DNA of 63,019 bases, counting the filler, from Stramenopiles sp. TOSAG23-2 (lineage: Eukaryota): NCBI GenBank assembly GCA_900128395.1. It is 8 parts of 8 records of this genome, joined end to end, with 100 filler letters (N's around TTAATTAATTAA, not from the genome) between each part and the next. Parts side by side here need not be neighbours in the genome. Positions count along the whole stretch, not along the records: positions 26,447 to 35,137 come from LT650174.1; positions 35,238 to 43,914 come from LT650175.1; 6 more parts are not named here. The stretch is one strand, 5' to 3'. A program made the position numbers and the translations under genes. Positions within the stretch are counted from its first letter, which is position 1, and every line of letters begins with the position of its first letter. The notes under the pieces are model-generated. The model saw only the letters and a list, made by a program, of their open reading frames with translations, searched no databases and was not told where the DNA came from. This document shows, piece after piece, positions 30,465-42,316 of this stretch.

Positions 30465-33400
30465 CTATTGATTTGTTCGTTTCTCACCTTGAGACAACTC
30501 AGTTGTCATCGGTGGAGCAGTATCAAATAAATAATTCATCGCACTTTCCCATGATCGTCTTTGGGTTTCTCCATTAAATTCACTTTTTCGTTCAAAACCA
30601 CCATTTCTACCTTGTGGCATAGGAGCATCTTCCGTTTTTTCATCACGTAATTTCATTAAAGCCGCATCCGGTCTTCCATGGGCATATTCACCGCTGCCAG
30701 TACGCATTTCATGTGCTATTGGATACAATTTCGCTGCAAGTCGAAAACATTCTTTCATACATAAATCCATGTCATCTGGCTTTGGATTTCCAATTCCATG
30801 CATTTCCATTAATTGTTTATCTTTATCGCATTGTAACAAACATTTTAGATGAGATTCAGCTATTCCATTGCCACCGAACGATCGTTTTGGACCACTAGGT
30901 ACCAATGGTTCTGCACCATCTTCACGATCTGCGGACAAAACTTGCACATCTTTTCCAATGGCAAATTTCTTTGCCAAAGACATCGGTTGAGATCCAATTC
31001 CATTATCTTCAATTATCGGATTTTGTTCATCATAGCCATCAATTTTTTTTCTCGGGAGTTCGGATGACGCCTCCCCTTGGTGAAAATGGGTCGAGCTATC
31101 TTTGTCTCCTAATGGCATGCCGGCATGTTTTAAAATATCTGTTAAAGAATATCCATACGGCGAGGATGCTTTTTTATTTTGTTGCCTCAGCATATTGTTA
31201 CCTAATAATTTTCTTCCCCCACGCAACGAAGCTTTGCTTTTACTATCACTATTTTTACTATCACTTTCGCTTTTCTTATTTGAATGTAATATACGATCGA
31301 AAAGGGAATCAGATTTTTGTTGATCCTGTGTTTTCATCATTTCTGGAAATACAGTTTTAAAACTATGTTTTTCATTTGATTGTTTCGAAGCCTTTGCTTC
31401 AAGATGTTTGTTCTCACTATTGCTCGGTTTCATCTCAGATTCTTTCTTTACTTTTGTTTCTGCTGCTAACTTTTTGTTGTTATTATTAGCATTAGTTTTC
31501 TCAATAGCATGTTCTGCATTGGCTATGCTTTCTTTCTTCGTGACAACAGGTGATTTTTTAAGCTTCTCAGTATTTGTTTTCTCTTTGAAATGGATTAATT
31601 GATGGGCATGGATTGGTGGGATAGGTGCAAAATGACTATTGTGTGGAGGTGCTGCTGGGTGTACATGATTGACTGGCGCAGTATGTGGGTGTGATGGGTG
31701 CGACGCTTGATAATGATGTACCACTGATGGATGCGCAGAATGAACATTTAAAGGAGCATGATGTAAATGCATTGCTCCTGGTCTATATCGACTCATAAAG
31801 GCATCTTTTGTAGGTTCTTTGCCCGTAAGCATTGATTCTAACAATGGCGGAACATCTCCCAATGCTGGGTGAACAACGTCAGGGTGCACACTACTAGGTG
31901 CTACAGCATGCGTTGGATATAACAATGGCAATTCTGCACTATTTTCAGGAACAAATGGCATATGCTTTTGCGCTTGTAAATCAGACTTTGGATTGTCCAT
32001 GTGTAAACCATCTTGAGAAGCAGTGCCAGGGTACATCAGAGGATCGCACATTTTCAATGCTCCTTTCACTATTTCTGCTGCTTTTTCCTCTTTTGCATTT
32101 GCCATAACTGCCGTAATACAAGCTTGGTGCGACACTGCGGTTGCACCGTATGGGGATTGATGGCCAGGCATAGCAAATGCGCCGCACAAATTCAATTTTC
32201 TTGCCAATTCATCCTTTGTAGTTTCCTCAGTCACGGTCGAGAGTGTCACGGAGTAACATGCTTGATGTGATAATGGCGTTGACTGACCGCTCACACCAGC
32301 TGCTGCTGCTGCTTGTAAAACTGGAATACCAGACAAGGCAGCTGCATTTACTGCATTTGAACCAACAGCAGCTAATTTACCTGAGTTCAGATATGCATGG
32401 CCTAAAATAGGTGAGCATTTTGACGTTATATCACTGACAACTTGTGGCGGTGTCTTTCCATCAGTTCCTTTTACGGCACTTGTTAGACATGACTGATATG
32501 CAGTAGCTGTTGGATTAATACCGGCTAAATGGTTGCACGAGTTGATTCCCAAGATAATATCCTCAGGCTTGGAATTTGGTCCAATGCCTGAAAATGCTGT
32601 CGATATACATGAACTGTGTGCGCTAGCTTCATAAGCTCCATGGTTATAGAGACCCCCAGACCAAAGAACCCCATCGCATCCCGATAGCAAGGCTTTTACT
32701 TCCCCAACACTTGAGGCTGCTTGCCCTTGATTTCTTAACATATTTTGAATACAGGTTTGGNNNNNNNNNNNNNNNNNNNNNNNNNCTTAACATATTTTGA
32801 ATACACGTTTGGTGTGCAGCTAATCCAGGATTTCCTCCAACAAGTGGTGCACATGCCAACAATCTCGTAGGCAATGCTTCAATATTTTCGTCGGTCAGCT
32901 CGGTAAGAGCCGTTTGATAACATGCTTGATGCGACTGCCAATGGCCATTGTACGGCTGCCCTTGTCCAGCTGGACCGGCTTGATGCAAAAAGCTTTCACA
33001 CGTATCCAATTGTGTAATTAATTCTTTTTGATCACTGCTTTTTGCTGCCTTTGCAATTTTTGAAGTTATGCAAGATTGATGCGCATGGCCAGTTGCACAT
33101 TTTGCAATTTCAGCCGCTATTTGAGACGTCGTTGTTTTCTCATTAACGGAAGCTATTGCTAATTTGTAACAGTGGTAACCATTATTAGCAGCTGTAGTTT
33201 CAAACGTATGAATCGGTATGCCATGGGTTACACCAGGTGCAAACAAAGGAACACCAGATACTAATGGGCTCCCTACTTTCACGCCACCACTTGCACTTGC
33301 TGCTGGCGTACCTGCTATTGGATGCGATTGTGCTGCGCAGGATACTACCATCAGAGCATCGCATGTGCTTAAACCTTTTTTCACATCTTCCATAGATTTA

Positions 33401-35137
33401 GCATCTTTTATTGCATCACCTCCTAAAACTTTCATGACACAAACTTGATGAGCCGCTGAATGTGGGGTTTGATACGAAGCTGCACCACAGGCACCAAATT
33501 TTTGTGGCACCTCTTCAGGCTTTGTTTCCTTAGTTAAACTCATTAAAGCTTGATAATAACACCAACAATGTGTTCCATGCATATATGGATTAACACCGTA
33601 CATTATACCTGCCAATGGATGTGCCGGATGTACCGGGAATGGATGTACCGGGAATGGATGTACCGGGAATGGATGTGGCAATACTCCTGGAACATATGGA
33701 TGTGGCAATACTCCTGGAACATATGGATGTGGCAATACTCCTGGATGCACATGACCGCCATGGGCGAAACTTGAATACAAATATTGATCACATGCAGCCA
33801 TTTGACTTTTCAATTTGTCTGGATCATCCTTAGCACTATTTAATGCTTGCATAACGCACGATTGGTGATGCATAGCAGATGGATTCCCAGCTGCAAGGGC
33901 ACCACATGCTGTGAATTTTGCTTGCAATTCTTCTGGTTTACCTCCACCACTACTAAGGGAGCTCATTGCTGAACTATAACATGCCATGTGTGCAATTGGT
34001 CCAGGCATTCCGTATGCGTTCCACCCATGTGCAGTATGGCCTAATCCAGCATATCCTTGTATTCCATACATTAAAAATGAATCGCATTGTCGTATCAAAG
34101 TTTTCGTATCTTCTTCTAATGGTAATTCTGGGTCAGTTGCGCTTAGTGTCGATATGACACCGGTCACACAAGAATGATGCGGCATGGCTGGCGATCCAAA
34201 GCCACCACTTTGACAGCCTTGAAATTTGTTATTAAAAGCAAGGACGGTCATTTCCTTATCTGCAGTTGCCATGATAGAATTATAACATGCAGCATGTTCA
34301 CCAGCATATAGACCTGGATGAACTTTTGCTAAACGTGCAGTTGTTGCTGCTTGTGCCGCTACATTTGGGTTTTCTCCAGCAAAAATTAATGGATCGCACG
34401 TTTTCAACATCGTGCGTATTGCGCAGGGAGCATTGTCGCATTCTTTTGCCGCTGCTGGTGGTTGATCTGCTTTCGATAGAACATTCATAACACCCATCAC
34501 ACACGCTTGATGCGGTAAAGATAAGTCAGATATTGATCCAAAATTGTTACACGAAAGTAGTTGACTAGCTGCTTGTTTTGTAGTGACCTCTTTTTTCCAA
34601 CCGGAAATGGTCATCTCGTAGCAAGACTCGTGTGCAAAAGTAGTGCCGTAATGACCACCATTACCACCACTAGTTGTTCCTAACATTCCTAACCATGCAT
34701 TATGATTATATCTAATGTTCGCTAATGAACCTCCAGATATAAAAGTTGTTAATAAAGTTGATATCGCACCTTGTGGATTCTTCACACCACAGCCTTCTAA
34801 GCAACCTTCTCCTAATGCTTTTCTATTTGATTCTTTTCCTGCCAAGTTAGCTTTGACTGATGCACCGATCAAACATTGCTCTGCGCAGATGACAGCGCCA
34901 TGTGCACTACCACCGGCCGCACCTGCATAGTCATGCATATTTGATCCAGGAGCTGGCATATATGGACTATTGACACCTGGAAAACTATTTCTCATTTCGT
35001 CACTACTTGGTTGGCCACTAGTTGCAAATGGTGTGCTAAATGCTTTTGAATATTGGTTCACAGATTCTACTGGTGGCCCACCACCAACCGGTGGAGATTC
35101 CCATGGTTGAATCTTCCATCCCGGGGATGGTGGAATC
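30465..35137 (-). CDS. Single >1500-aa Cys/His/Ala-rich repeat protein, 5'-truncated, split by a scaffold gap (32761-32785)
   Basis: The 27-nt flanks of the gap overlap (32734-32760 ~ 32786-32812). Merging them gives AHQTCIQNML-RNQGQAASS in frame. The frame is open to the contig end. About 16 HxxC...C units. Confidence 0.85.
33617..33746 (-). repeat. Coding tandem repeats (PGVLPHPYV x~3, HPFPV x3)
   Basis: 27-bp and 15-bp tandem units visible in the DNA. Confidence 0.9.
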
Positions 35138-36007
35138 NNNNNNNNNNNNNNNNNNNNNNNNNNNNNNNNNNNNNNNNNNNNTTAATTAATTAANNNNNNN
35201 NNNNNNNNNNNNNNNNNNNNNNNNNNNNNNNNNNNNNGGTACTTCTTACATTATCAAGCATGAAATTAGGCCTCTGTCGACCAACGGGAGACCCTCCTCT
35301 AGTTAAATATAAAATACCTAGAAGGTATATATTATAAGTAAAAATATGTGCATATGTGGATATCACTTATTCTAACTTATACCAGCCGCAGATATTGGAT
35401 AATTAGTAAAATCCAAAAATGGCCAATGTTAATTTGGATGAAAATATCAGAATATCCGATTTTATGAATTATTCAATGTTTACCTATTAAATATACACAT
35501 AAATTGGTATACTAAGCCTACCACCTGGCTAAGGCTGGTATAATATATAGCTACGCGTATGCACCTATTTATCCTCTCTGGTAGAAGACGACTGGTGGTA
35601 GATCGTGCGAAGATCCAAAATCTTATAATAAAATCGCGTGCTTTAGCTTATGATGATGCATTTAACTTCCTTTCGTCGTCTATGTATGCTGCTATACCAG
35701 GTCTGTCCGATCTATCTAATAAAAATTAGACATAATAATATTATATAAAATAGATTTAGATATAGATGTTATATACAGTTATAGATACAGATACAAGATT
35801 AGCACCTATTAATTGGTCTTTTCCTACATTAAAACTATTCCAATAGTTATATTCAAAAATACCTTTTGCTTGATAATACCATTTTCATCAAGTTTATTGT
35901 AATTACCAGATTTAAGATTAGTTGGCTCAAAATTACTTATATTGATCGATTTAAGTCTATATGATAAAAAAATAGAACGTCAACTTTCATAATCATTTCA
36001 TACTATC

Positions 36008-37273
36008 ATGGCACGTAATGGTGAATTGAACAAAGATACATTTGGTAGTACAATCCCTGGAGCAGAGCCATATTGGTACCAAGGTTACCACTCCCCATAT
36101 TACAATGATTCACATAAAAAATTTCGTAATGCTGTAAGAGCATTTGTTGAAGAAGAGATCAAACCAAATGTAGATGAGTGGATTGAAAGCGGAGAAGGGT
36201 ACCCTCAAGAGTTGCATAGGGAAGCATATAGGAGAGGAATACAAGGTGCTCTGTTTCCTGAGGAATATGGTGGTACTCCACCTGAAGGTTTCGATGCATT
36301 TCATGAACTTATCTTATGGGATGAATTAGCTAGAGTTGGAGGTGGAGGCGCACTAGGGCAGTTAGCCATCAATTCTATGGCATTACCGCCAATTATTGAT
36401 TACGGAACACAATACGTGAAAGATTTGACTATTGGTGGTCTTGTCAAAGGGGATATTAATGTTTCATTAGCAATTTCAGAACCTGGCGCTGGTTCCGATG
36501 TGTCGAACATTCAAACAACAGCTGTACGTGATGGAGAATACTTTGTAATTAACGGTTCCAAGAAATGGATTACAGGAGGACATATTGCTAATTATTTTAC
36601 CATGTTGTGTCGTACTGGCAAATCTGGTGCAGCTGGTACTACTGTTATTTTAGTTCCTGCCGATACACCAGGGTTGCGTGTACGTAAAATGAAGACACAA
36701 TTTGATAGTTGCCATGGTACAACATTTATTAATATGGATGATGTGAGAGTACATGAACGAATGATGATAGGGGAGGAAGGTAAAGGTTTTAATTACATTA
36801 CCAGAAATTTCAACCATGAGAGGTTTGTGATTGCTGCTGGTGTTGTTCGCATGGCACGTGTCTGCTATGAAGAAGCTTTCAAAGAAGCACAAATGCGAGA
36901 AACGTTTGGTAAAAAATTAAATCAACACCAAGTAATACGTTTCAAATTAGCTGAAATGTCGAGGTTAATTGAAAGTTTACATGATAATGTTGAACGGGTT
37001 GCATTTCAATTTTCACAAGGAATGAGCGATACACACCTTGGTGCCGCTTGTGCATTATTGAAAGTAAATTCAACAAAGGTATTTGAATATTGTTCAAGAG
37101 AAGCAAGTCAAATCTTTGGTGGAAGTTCTATTGTAAGAGAAGGCAGAGGGTATATTGTAGAACGCTTAGCAAGAGAAGTACGAGCACAAGCTGTTCCTGG
37201 AGGTTCTGAAGAAATTTTGCTCGACTTTGCAATCAGGCAAGCTATTGCAAGGCAAGGTAAATCGAATTTATAA
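36008..37273 (+). CDS. Acyl-CoA dehydrogenase, possibly peroxisomal (C-terminal SNL)
   Basis: LAISEPGAGSD, NGSKKWITGG, FNHER, RETFGKKL, QIFGG, GGSEEI. Confidence 0.95.
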   Translation: MARNGELNKDTFGSTIPGAEPYWYQGYHSPYYNDSHKKFRNAVRAFVEEEIKPNVDEWIESGEGYPQELHREAYRRGIQGALFPEEYGGTPPEGFDAFHELILWDELARVGGGGALGQLAINSMALPPIIDYGTQYVKDLTIGGLVKGDINVSLAISEPGAGSDVSNIQTTAVRDGEYFVINGSKKWITGGHIANYFTMLCRTGKSGAAGTTVILVPADTPGLRVRKMKTQFDSCHGTTFINMDDVRVHERMMIGEEGKGFNYITRNFNHERFVIAAGVVRMARVCYEEAFKEAQMRETFGKKLNQHQVIRFKLAEMSRLIESLHDNVERVAFQFSQGMSDTHLGAACALLKVNSTKVFEYCSREASQIFGGSSIVREGRGYIVERLAREVRAQAVPGGSEEILLDFAIRQAIARQGKSNL

Positions 37274-37532
37274 AACGTTTTTCACGGAGAAAAAGCAAAA
37301 AATAGGAGCACAAAAAGGAGAGAATTATTTTACACGTTAAATTAAAGGTGTGTACATTCGTGTACGAACATATCGTAATCGGTAAAATACGCGAGAAATT
37401 ATATTAAAATACATGTGTGTGATATTAATATTAATATCATACTCGTAGCATGCTATATGATGGTAATCATATAAAATAATATAATATTAATATATGTGTG
37501 TGTGTCTTATTTTTTACACACACAGATATTTT

Positions 37533-40500
37533 TTACATAACTACACAACTCTTGCCACCACCATTATTACTCCCTTGATTTGTAAATTCTTCCTCTTTTC
37601 TTGGCGGTACATTCATTGTTTGCAATTTTTTGTCCACACTTGAACCCCTCCTTCGTCTTTGTCTAAAAGATACAGAACCTTGATGAATTGAATGAGCTTG
37701 TATAGAAGTTCTACTGTTGTTACGCCCTAATCTAGATATTGTCAAATGTCCTCCAAGAAATAATGAAGTCCGTTTTGCACGACTAGGCGGTCGTACACCA
37801 TTCATAACAGAACCTAGCATTTTCCTCATAATTTTTCTATGTAAAAGGCGAGTTACGAATCGTGGTTTTTTAATTTTGTGGGAAAATTTTCTTGCACTAT
37901 GAAGTGCTCGTCCATAAAATCTCAGCCATAATTTGATGTCTTGTGGCGAAGTATGTACATCTAAAACATCTACACGACTTTCATTTTTTAAATAGTTTTC
38001 ATTTTTGAAATATTCTTGAATTTCAAAAATTACTTGAAAAACACATCTAGAGGTAGCTTCCTCCTTAGCATCTAAACGATCTTTCATTGTGTTACCAAGA
38101 AACGTGAAAAACCACCCTGAAAAAGAATGGTCGATTATAAAAATCAATAAATCCTGAGTAAATTGAAATTTATTTGGGAATTGTTCCATCAATTGGTAGA
38201 CGCAATCCATGAATTGAACAAATATAGGACCAGTTTCACCCCCATTGCTGTGCTGGCGAGTAAAGAACTTGTGGCCAAAATCACACCATTGATTTTGTAT
38301 TAAATATAAAAATCCTTGTATAGTCCTGTAAAATGGATCAACCATTAGCATTGTTAAAGCAGTTGCTTGTGGTGTTCTATCCCATCCATCACTACAATGA
38401 ACCAAAATAGATATACCTTTATCAAGTTTTTTTACACCATGTACGGCAGCAACCAAAAGCATAGTCACATGGGTTAACCATTTAGACTCTTTAATACCAG
38501 CTTCCCAATTTCCTTGGTAACCAAACAACATCAATTTTTGCAATGATCTTCGCATGACATGTATATTTTCAACATTTAACAAACTCATTGAAAAACTTAG
38601 AGAGTAATCCCTGATCTTTTCTGTGCCTTTACCGCCAACCTTATTCGCTACTACATTCAATAGTGGTCGCATATCCATAATATTCAACGTTTCTGAATTA
38701 TCGTTTTCAGCCATAAGCAAAGATTGGTGACTCATTGCAGTTTTTAACAACTTTTTGTTTTTATCTACCTCATCATTTATATTATTATTAGAATTTGTCT
38801 GATTGTCATTGTCTTTCTTCCCCTGGATTCTAGGGCAATCGTTCCTTTTATTACTACTGCTGATTTCCTTTTTCTCTTTATCATCATTTTCTGGCTCTTT
38901 TTTTTTACCATTATCAACTCCTCCGTTCTCACTAATTTCATTCTCTGGTGTAGAAAAAGTATTCACAACTTCTAAAACTCTTTCTCTATCACGTTTTTTA
39001 CGAACTGAAGATCTACGGTTGGCTTCAGAATGACTACATTCACTGATTGCAAGAAGCATTTTCTTGTCTATAGTAGAAGACTTTGATGTTAAACCACTCA
39101 ATGGTTGTGCACAACGGCATACTACAGCACCAGTATATGGATGTCGCCATACAATCGCAGGAATACGCCCTCTACTCCTATATTTACTCAATTGTTTTAC
39201 ATCCTCGTCTGTCATCGATGTTGGTACGTATATTGACGAAGGGTATGATTTACACAAGTGAAAATCTAGCTGTTCATATATCCTCCATCCATGCTGTTGA
39301 AAACCTAATCTTGTAGCATCATCTTCATAAGTGAATGCAAGATGTCTTTCTTCATCCACTCCTTCCTCCTCTTTGTTTATATCCCTTTCTTTCCCATCAC
39401 CTTCTTCCGCGACATCATTATTACTATTACTACCACTATTATCATCCTCACCATCATTAGGTATATCTTTGCCTTCCTCTACTTCCTTCAATTGTTCCTT
39501 TTCACCACTGCTATCATCTTCCCTACCATCCGCATTTATTTTGCTATCGTCTATTTTTGAAGTGCTCTTTTCACCTTCATTAGCATCTGCACTTACTTTT
39601 TCCAAGTTGTTATGGAACATTGACTTTGCTAATTGTTTTTTTGATAAGAGAGGATTTGAGACTGAAACCTTCATGCTATCACTTATATTATTTTCTTCGA
39701 CTTCAGTAATTAATTTCCCCTTGAATAAACGAGATTGTTGTTCTTTAATAAGCCATTCCATCTTTAACACTAAATTTTCCAACAGAATTTCAGGGCTGTA
39801 CGTTAACTGCTCTAGTGACACCTCTTCTATGGTTCGTGCATGCACAAATGGGTTACCACAACACCCTGGGCCTCGAATGTCCCCCTTTAATGTTTTTGCA
39901 CCAAGATGAAAATAATACATACCAGGCAATTTACATTTAATTTCTAATAAAGTACCAGCTGGACACACTGGACCTAATTCAACACCATCTACTAGTGACA
40001 TATCCATGATCCAACCTAATGGAATTTCCAAATGTTCTACTTGCTTGTAACCAGTCGTTGCTTTTGGTAATGGCAGAGAATTGCTTTTTTTATAGTTTTC
40101 TTGGCGACTTCCTTTTCTAAATGCAGCTCTATGTGGGATAAATATTAAACGATACGAACTTAAAACTAAAGCACCTGAAACCAATATATCACGCTCGTTA
40201 TCATGTCCTTGTTTACCTCCTACAAGGCATACATCATCGTATACTTCTTCAACAACTTCAACTAATGGCGAAGGCCAGAAAGGCAAAATTCGACTATGAA
40301 ATGGCATATGCGCTTTCTTCCCACTTTCAAATATTTTTAGATGTTTTGCATTATTTTCTTCTTCCTCTCCATTTGTTTCTATGTTACTATTCTTTTGCTC
40401 ATCATTTTTTTGAATATCGAAAATATGCTTTGTATATAGTTGATCTGTTTTTTCTACTGGTACATACTCATACATGTATGGTGGGGTATGTACTAAAAGC

Positions 40501-41564
40501 CGAGCTTTTTTTTTACCACTATTGCCCTTGGTATTGTGCATGGGTAATGTACACTTATATGTCAATTTTAATCGAACTTTTCCAACACCAGGAGGTTTTG
40601 TTATGACATACCAATTATCGACCGTTTTGTTTTGTCTTAACCCCCCTAACGGTACACGAAAACTTCCAATGGTTGAATCAACAGTAGCTAATACAGAATT
40701 AGTATTTTTCTTTTTCACTTTTATAATCAAGAAGCGTACTCCTATGTCCGAAGCGGCTTTTTGAACGTTAATTGTATGAACACTTCTCCAAGATGTGGAA
40801 ACTTTAGTTTTAGATTTATTGATAACTTTTCTATAACTTTGTCCCTCTGCAATTTTTATATTATCTTCACCATATACAGATTGACCGGAGACACCATCGT
40901 AAATAACTTCACAATAATATATAATACGAGGATGATTGAAACTACTATTTGCAAGCTCGCCAGTTGCAAGACGTTTCGAAAATGATCGACTGAAGCCACT
41001 GGATGTTTTGGTTCTATTATGACTAGACTTGTTTGATCTGTCTTCGTGTAATGATTGTGTTCTTCCTGTATTTTTATTTTTGTCTATATTGCCTTTTTCC
41101 ACCATACGTGAATGCCGGTGAAATGAAGACTCCCCTTCTTCCTCTTCAGTTTCAGAATCTTCCGCACTGTCCAAAACGGATTGAAGTTCATCTGTATCTA
41201 TAAAACCATCTATTACTTCTATTTTTACATGGTGCTTGCCTTTCCTATTTTTTTTCAACTTTGTAGAATCGCCGCCTTTTGCTTTTACCGCGGAGACCAT
41301 AAATGAGGATTCCTGTATTAATGCATCATCGTCACTATCATCCGTTTTTTTCTGCTTTCTTAATACTGCTGGTAATGACTCCACTTTTTTCATACTTGTC
41401 TCTCCAGATTTTGCTTTACTAGGAGATCTCATTTCCAACATGCTACCAAAGTAATAACTATTTTTTGAAGCCATTCTCGTCAACTTTTTTTTATTTTTCG
41501 GTGCTTCCTGTACATTATTATTACCACTTGTCTCCTTCTCTTGCTCCACAACTGTTGAAGACAT
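37533..41564 (-). CDS. Myotubularin-family phosphoinositide phosphatase with C2-like and PH-GRAM-like regions and a CaaX box
   Basis: LCKSYPS, RSRGRIP, RCAQP, NIHVMR, active-site HCSDGWDRT, DPFYRTIQGF, FGHKF; ends KSCVVM. Confidence 0.93.
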   Translation of the reverse strand: MSSTVVEQEKETSGNNNVQEAPKNKKKLTRMASKNSYYFGSMLEMRSPSKAKSGETSMKKVESLPAVLRKQKKTDDSDDDALIQESSFMVSAVKAKGGDSTKLKKNRKGKHHVKIEVIDGFIDTDELQSVLDSAEDSETEEEEGESSFHRHSRMVEKGNIDKNKNTGRTQSLHEDRSNKSSHNRTKTSSGFSRSFSKRLATGELANSSFNHPRIIYYCEVIYDGVSGQSVYGEDNIKIAEGQSYRKVINKSKTKVSTSWRSVHTINVQKAASDIGVRFLIIKVKKKNTNSVLATVDSTIGSFRVPLGGLRQNKTVDNWYVITKPPGVGKVRLKLTYKCTLPMHNTKGNSGKKKARLLVHTPPYMYEYVPVEKTDQLYTKHIFDIQKNDEQKNSNIETNGEEEENNAKHLKIFESGKKAHMPFHSRILPFWPSPLVEVVEEVYDDVCLVGGKQGHDNERDILVSGALVLSSYRLIFIPHRAAFRKGSRQENYKKSNSLPLPKATTGYKQVEHLEIPLGWIMDMSLVDGVELGPVCPAGTLLEIKCKLPGMYYFHLGAKTLKGDIRGPGCCGNPFVHARTIEEVSLEQLTYSPEILLENLVLKMEWLIKEQQSRLFKGKLITEVEENNISDSMKVSVSNPLLSKKQLAKSMFHNNLEKVSADANEGEKSTSKIDDSKINADGREDDSSGEKEQLKEVEEGKDIPNDGEDDNSGSNSNNDVAEEGDGKERDINKEEEGVDEERHLAFTYEDDATRLGFQQHGWRIYEQLDFHLCKSYPSSIYVPTSMTDEDVKQLSKYRSRGRIPAIVWRHPYTGAVVCRCAQPLSGLTSKSSTIDKKMLLAISECSHSEANRRSSVRKKRDRERVLEVVNTFSTPENEISENGGVDNGKKKEPENDDKEKKEISSSNKRNDCPRIQGKKDNDNQTNSNNNINDEVDKNKKLLKTAMSHQSLLMAENDNSETLNIMDMRPLLNVVANKVGGKGTEKIRDYSLSFSMSLLNVENIHVMRRSLQKLMLFGYQGNWEAGIKESKWLTHVTMLLVAAVHGVKKLDKGISILVHCSDGWDRTPQATALTMLMVDPFYRTIQGFLYLIQNQWCDFGHKFFTRQHSNGGETGPIFVQFMDCVYQLMEQFPNKFQFTQDLLIFIIDHSFSGWFFTFLGNTMKDRLDAKEEATSRCVFQVIFEIQEYFKNENYLKNESRVDVLDVHTSPQDIKLWLRFYGRALHSARKFSHKIKKPRFVTRLLHRKIMRKMLGSVMNGVRPPSRAKRTSLFLGGHLTISRLGRNNSRTSIQAHSIHQGSVSFRQRRRRGSSVDKKLQTMNVPPRKEEEFTNQGSNNGGGKSCVVM

Positions 41565-41917
41565 ATTATTTATTTATTTCTGAAATATTGTGTTCTTCTA
41601 AGGGAGATGGTGTAAATATTATTATTTATTTTTATGATGATGTGTTATTTGTTGATGTATATAACACCAGACAAACAAAGTAAGAAAAAAAAAAAGGGAT
41701 GATTGCGTGATCTAGGAATCGACTCAACACACACACACACGCACGCTCTCTCTTATACGCCACCAAGATTGTATATTCTTTTATTGTTATATATATATAT
41801 ATCTTTTCTTTTCTACATGTATAATTCACAATACGATGTGCAGCAATGGCAATGGTGCCAATATTAAAAAAATAGAAGATAATAATAACAAAATAAACTC
41901 CTTCTTCTTCATGCCAT

Positions 41918-42276
41918 ATTCCTGGCAATGGCTCTGGCAGGCCCAGCAGGCCCAGCAGGCCCTGGGCAGGCTCACATCATTGTAAAATAAATTATCGCTG
42001 ATTTTATCGACATTGAAACATTATTAGAATTATTGAAAAATCAAGAACCAGAGAGAAGGTTTGGTCTACTATGNNNNNNNNNNNNNNNNNNNGCATTCCA
42101 ACATTAACATTCCTGGCAATCTGGCAATGTGGCTCCGGCAGGCCCAGCAGGCCCTCAGGGCAGGCCCAGCAGGCTCACATCATTGTAAAATAAATTATCG
42201 CTGATTTTATCGACATTGAAACATTATTAGAATTATTGAAAAATCAAGAACCAGAGAGAAGGTGTGGTCTACTATG
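41918..42276. repeat. Duplicated ~160-bp segment on both sides of a 19-N gap, with a GGCCCAGCA minisatellite
   Basis: 41918-42073 ~ 42109-42276; differences are mostly in the GC-rich repeat. Confidence 0.85.
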
Positions 42277-42316
42277 GAGTACCATTGGCTAGTTTTACAG
42301 GGAATAAAATTAAAAC

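Noticed and set aside
32644-32785. Apparent frameshift or two separate genes
   Set aside because: Caused by a scaffold gap whose flanks overlap by 27 nt.
33617-33746. CRISPR-like or regularly spaced repeats (also 9048-9101, 62815-62950)
   Set aside because: These are head-to-tail tandem units without unique spacers, mostly in-frame coding repeats, and no cas genes are present.
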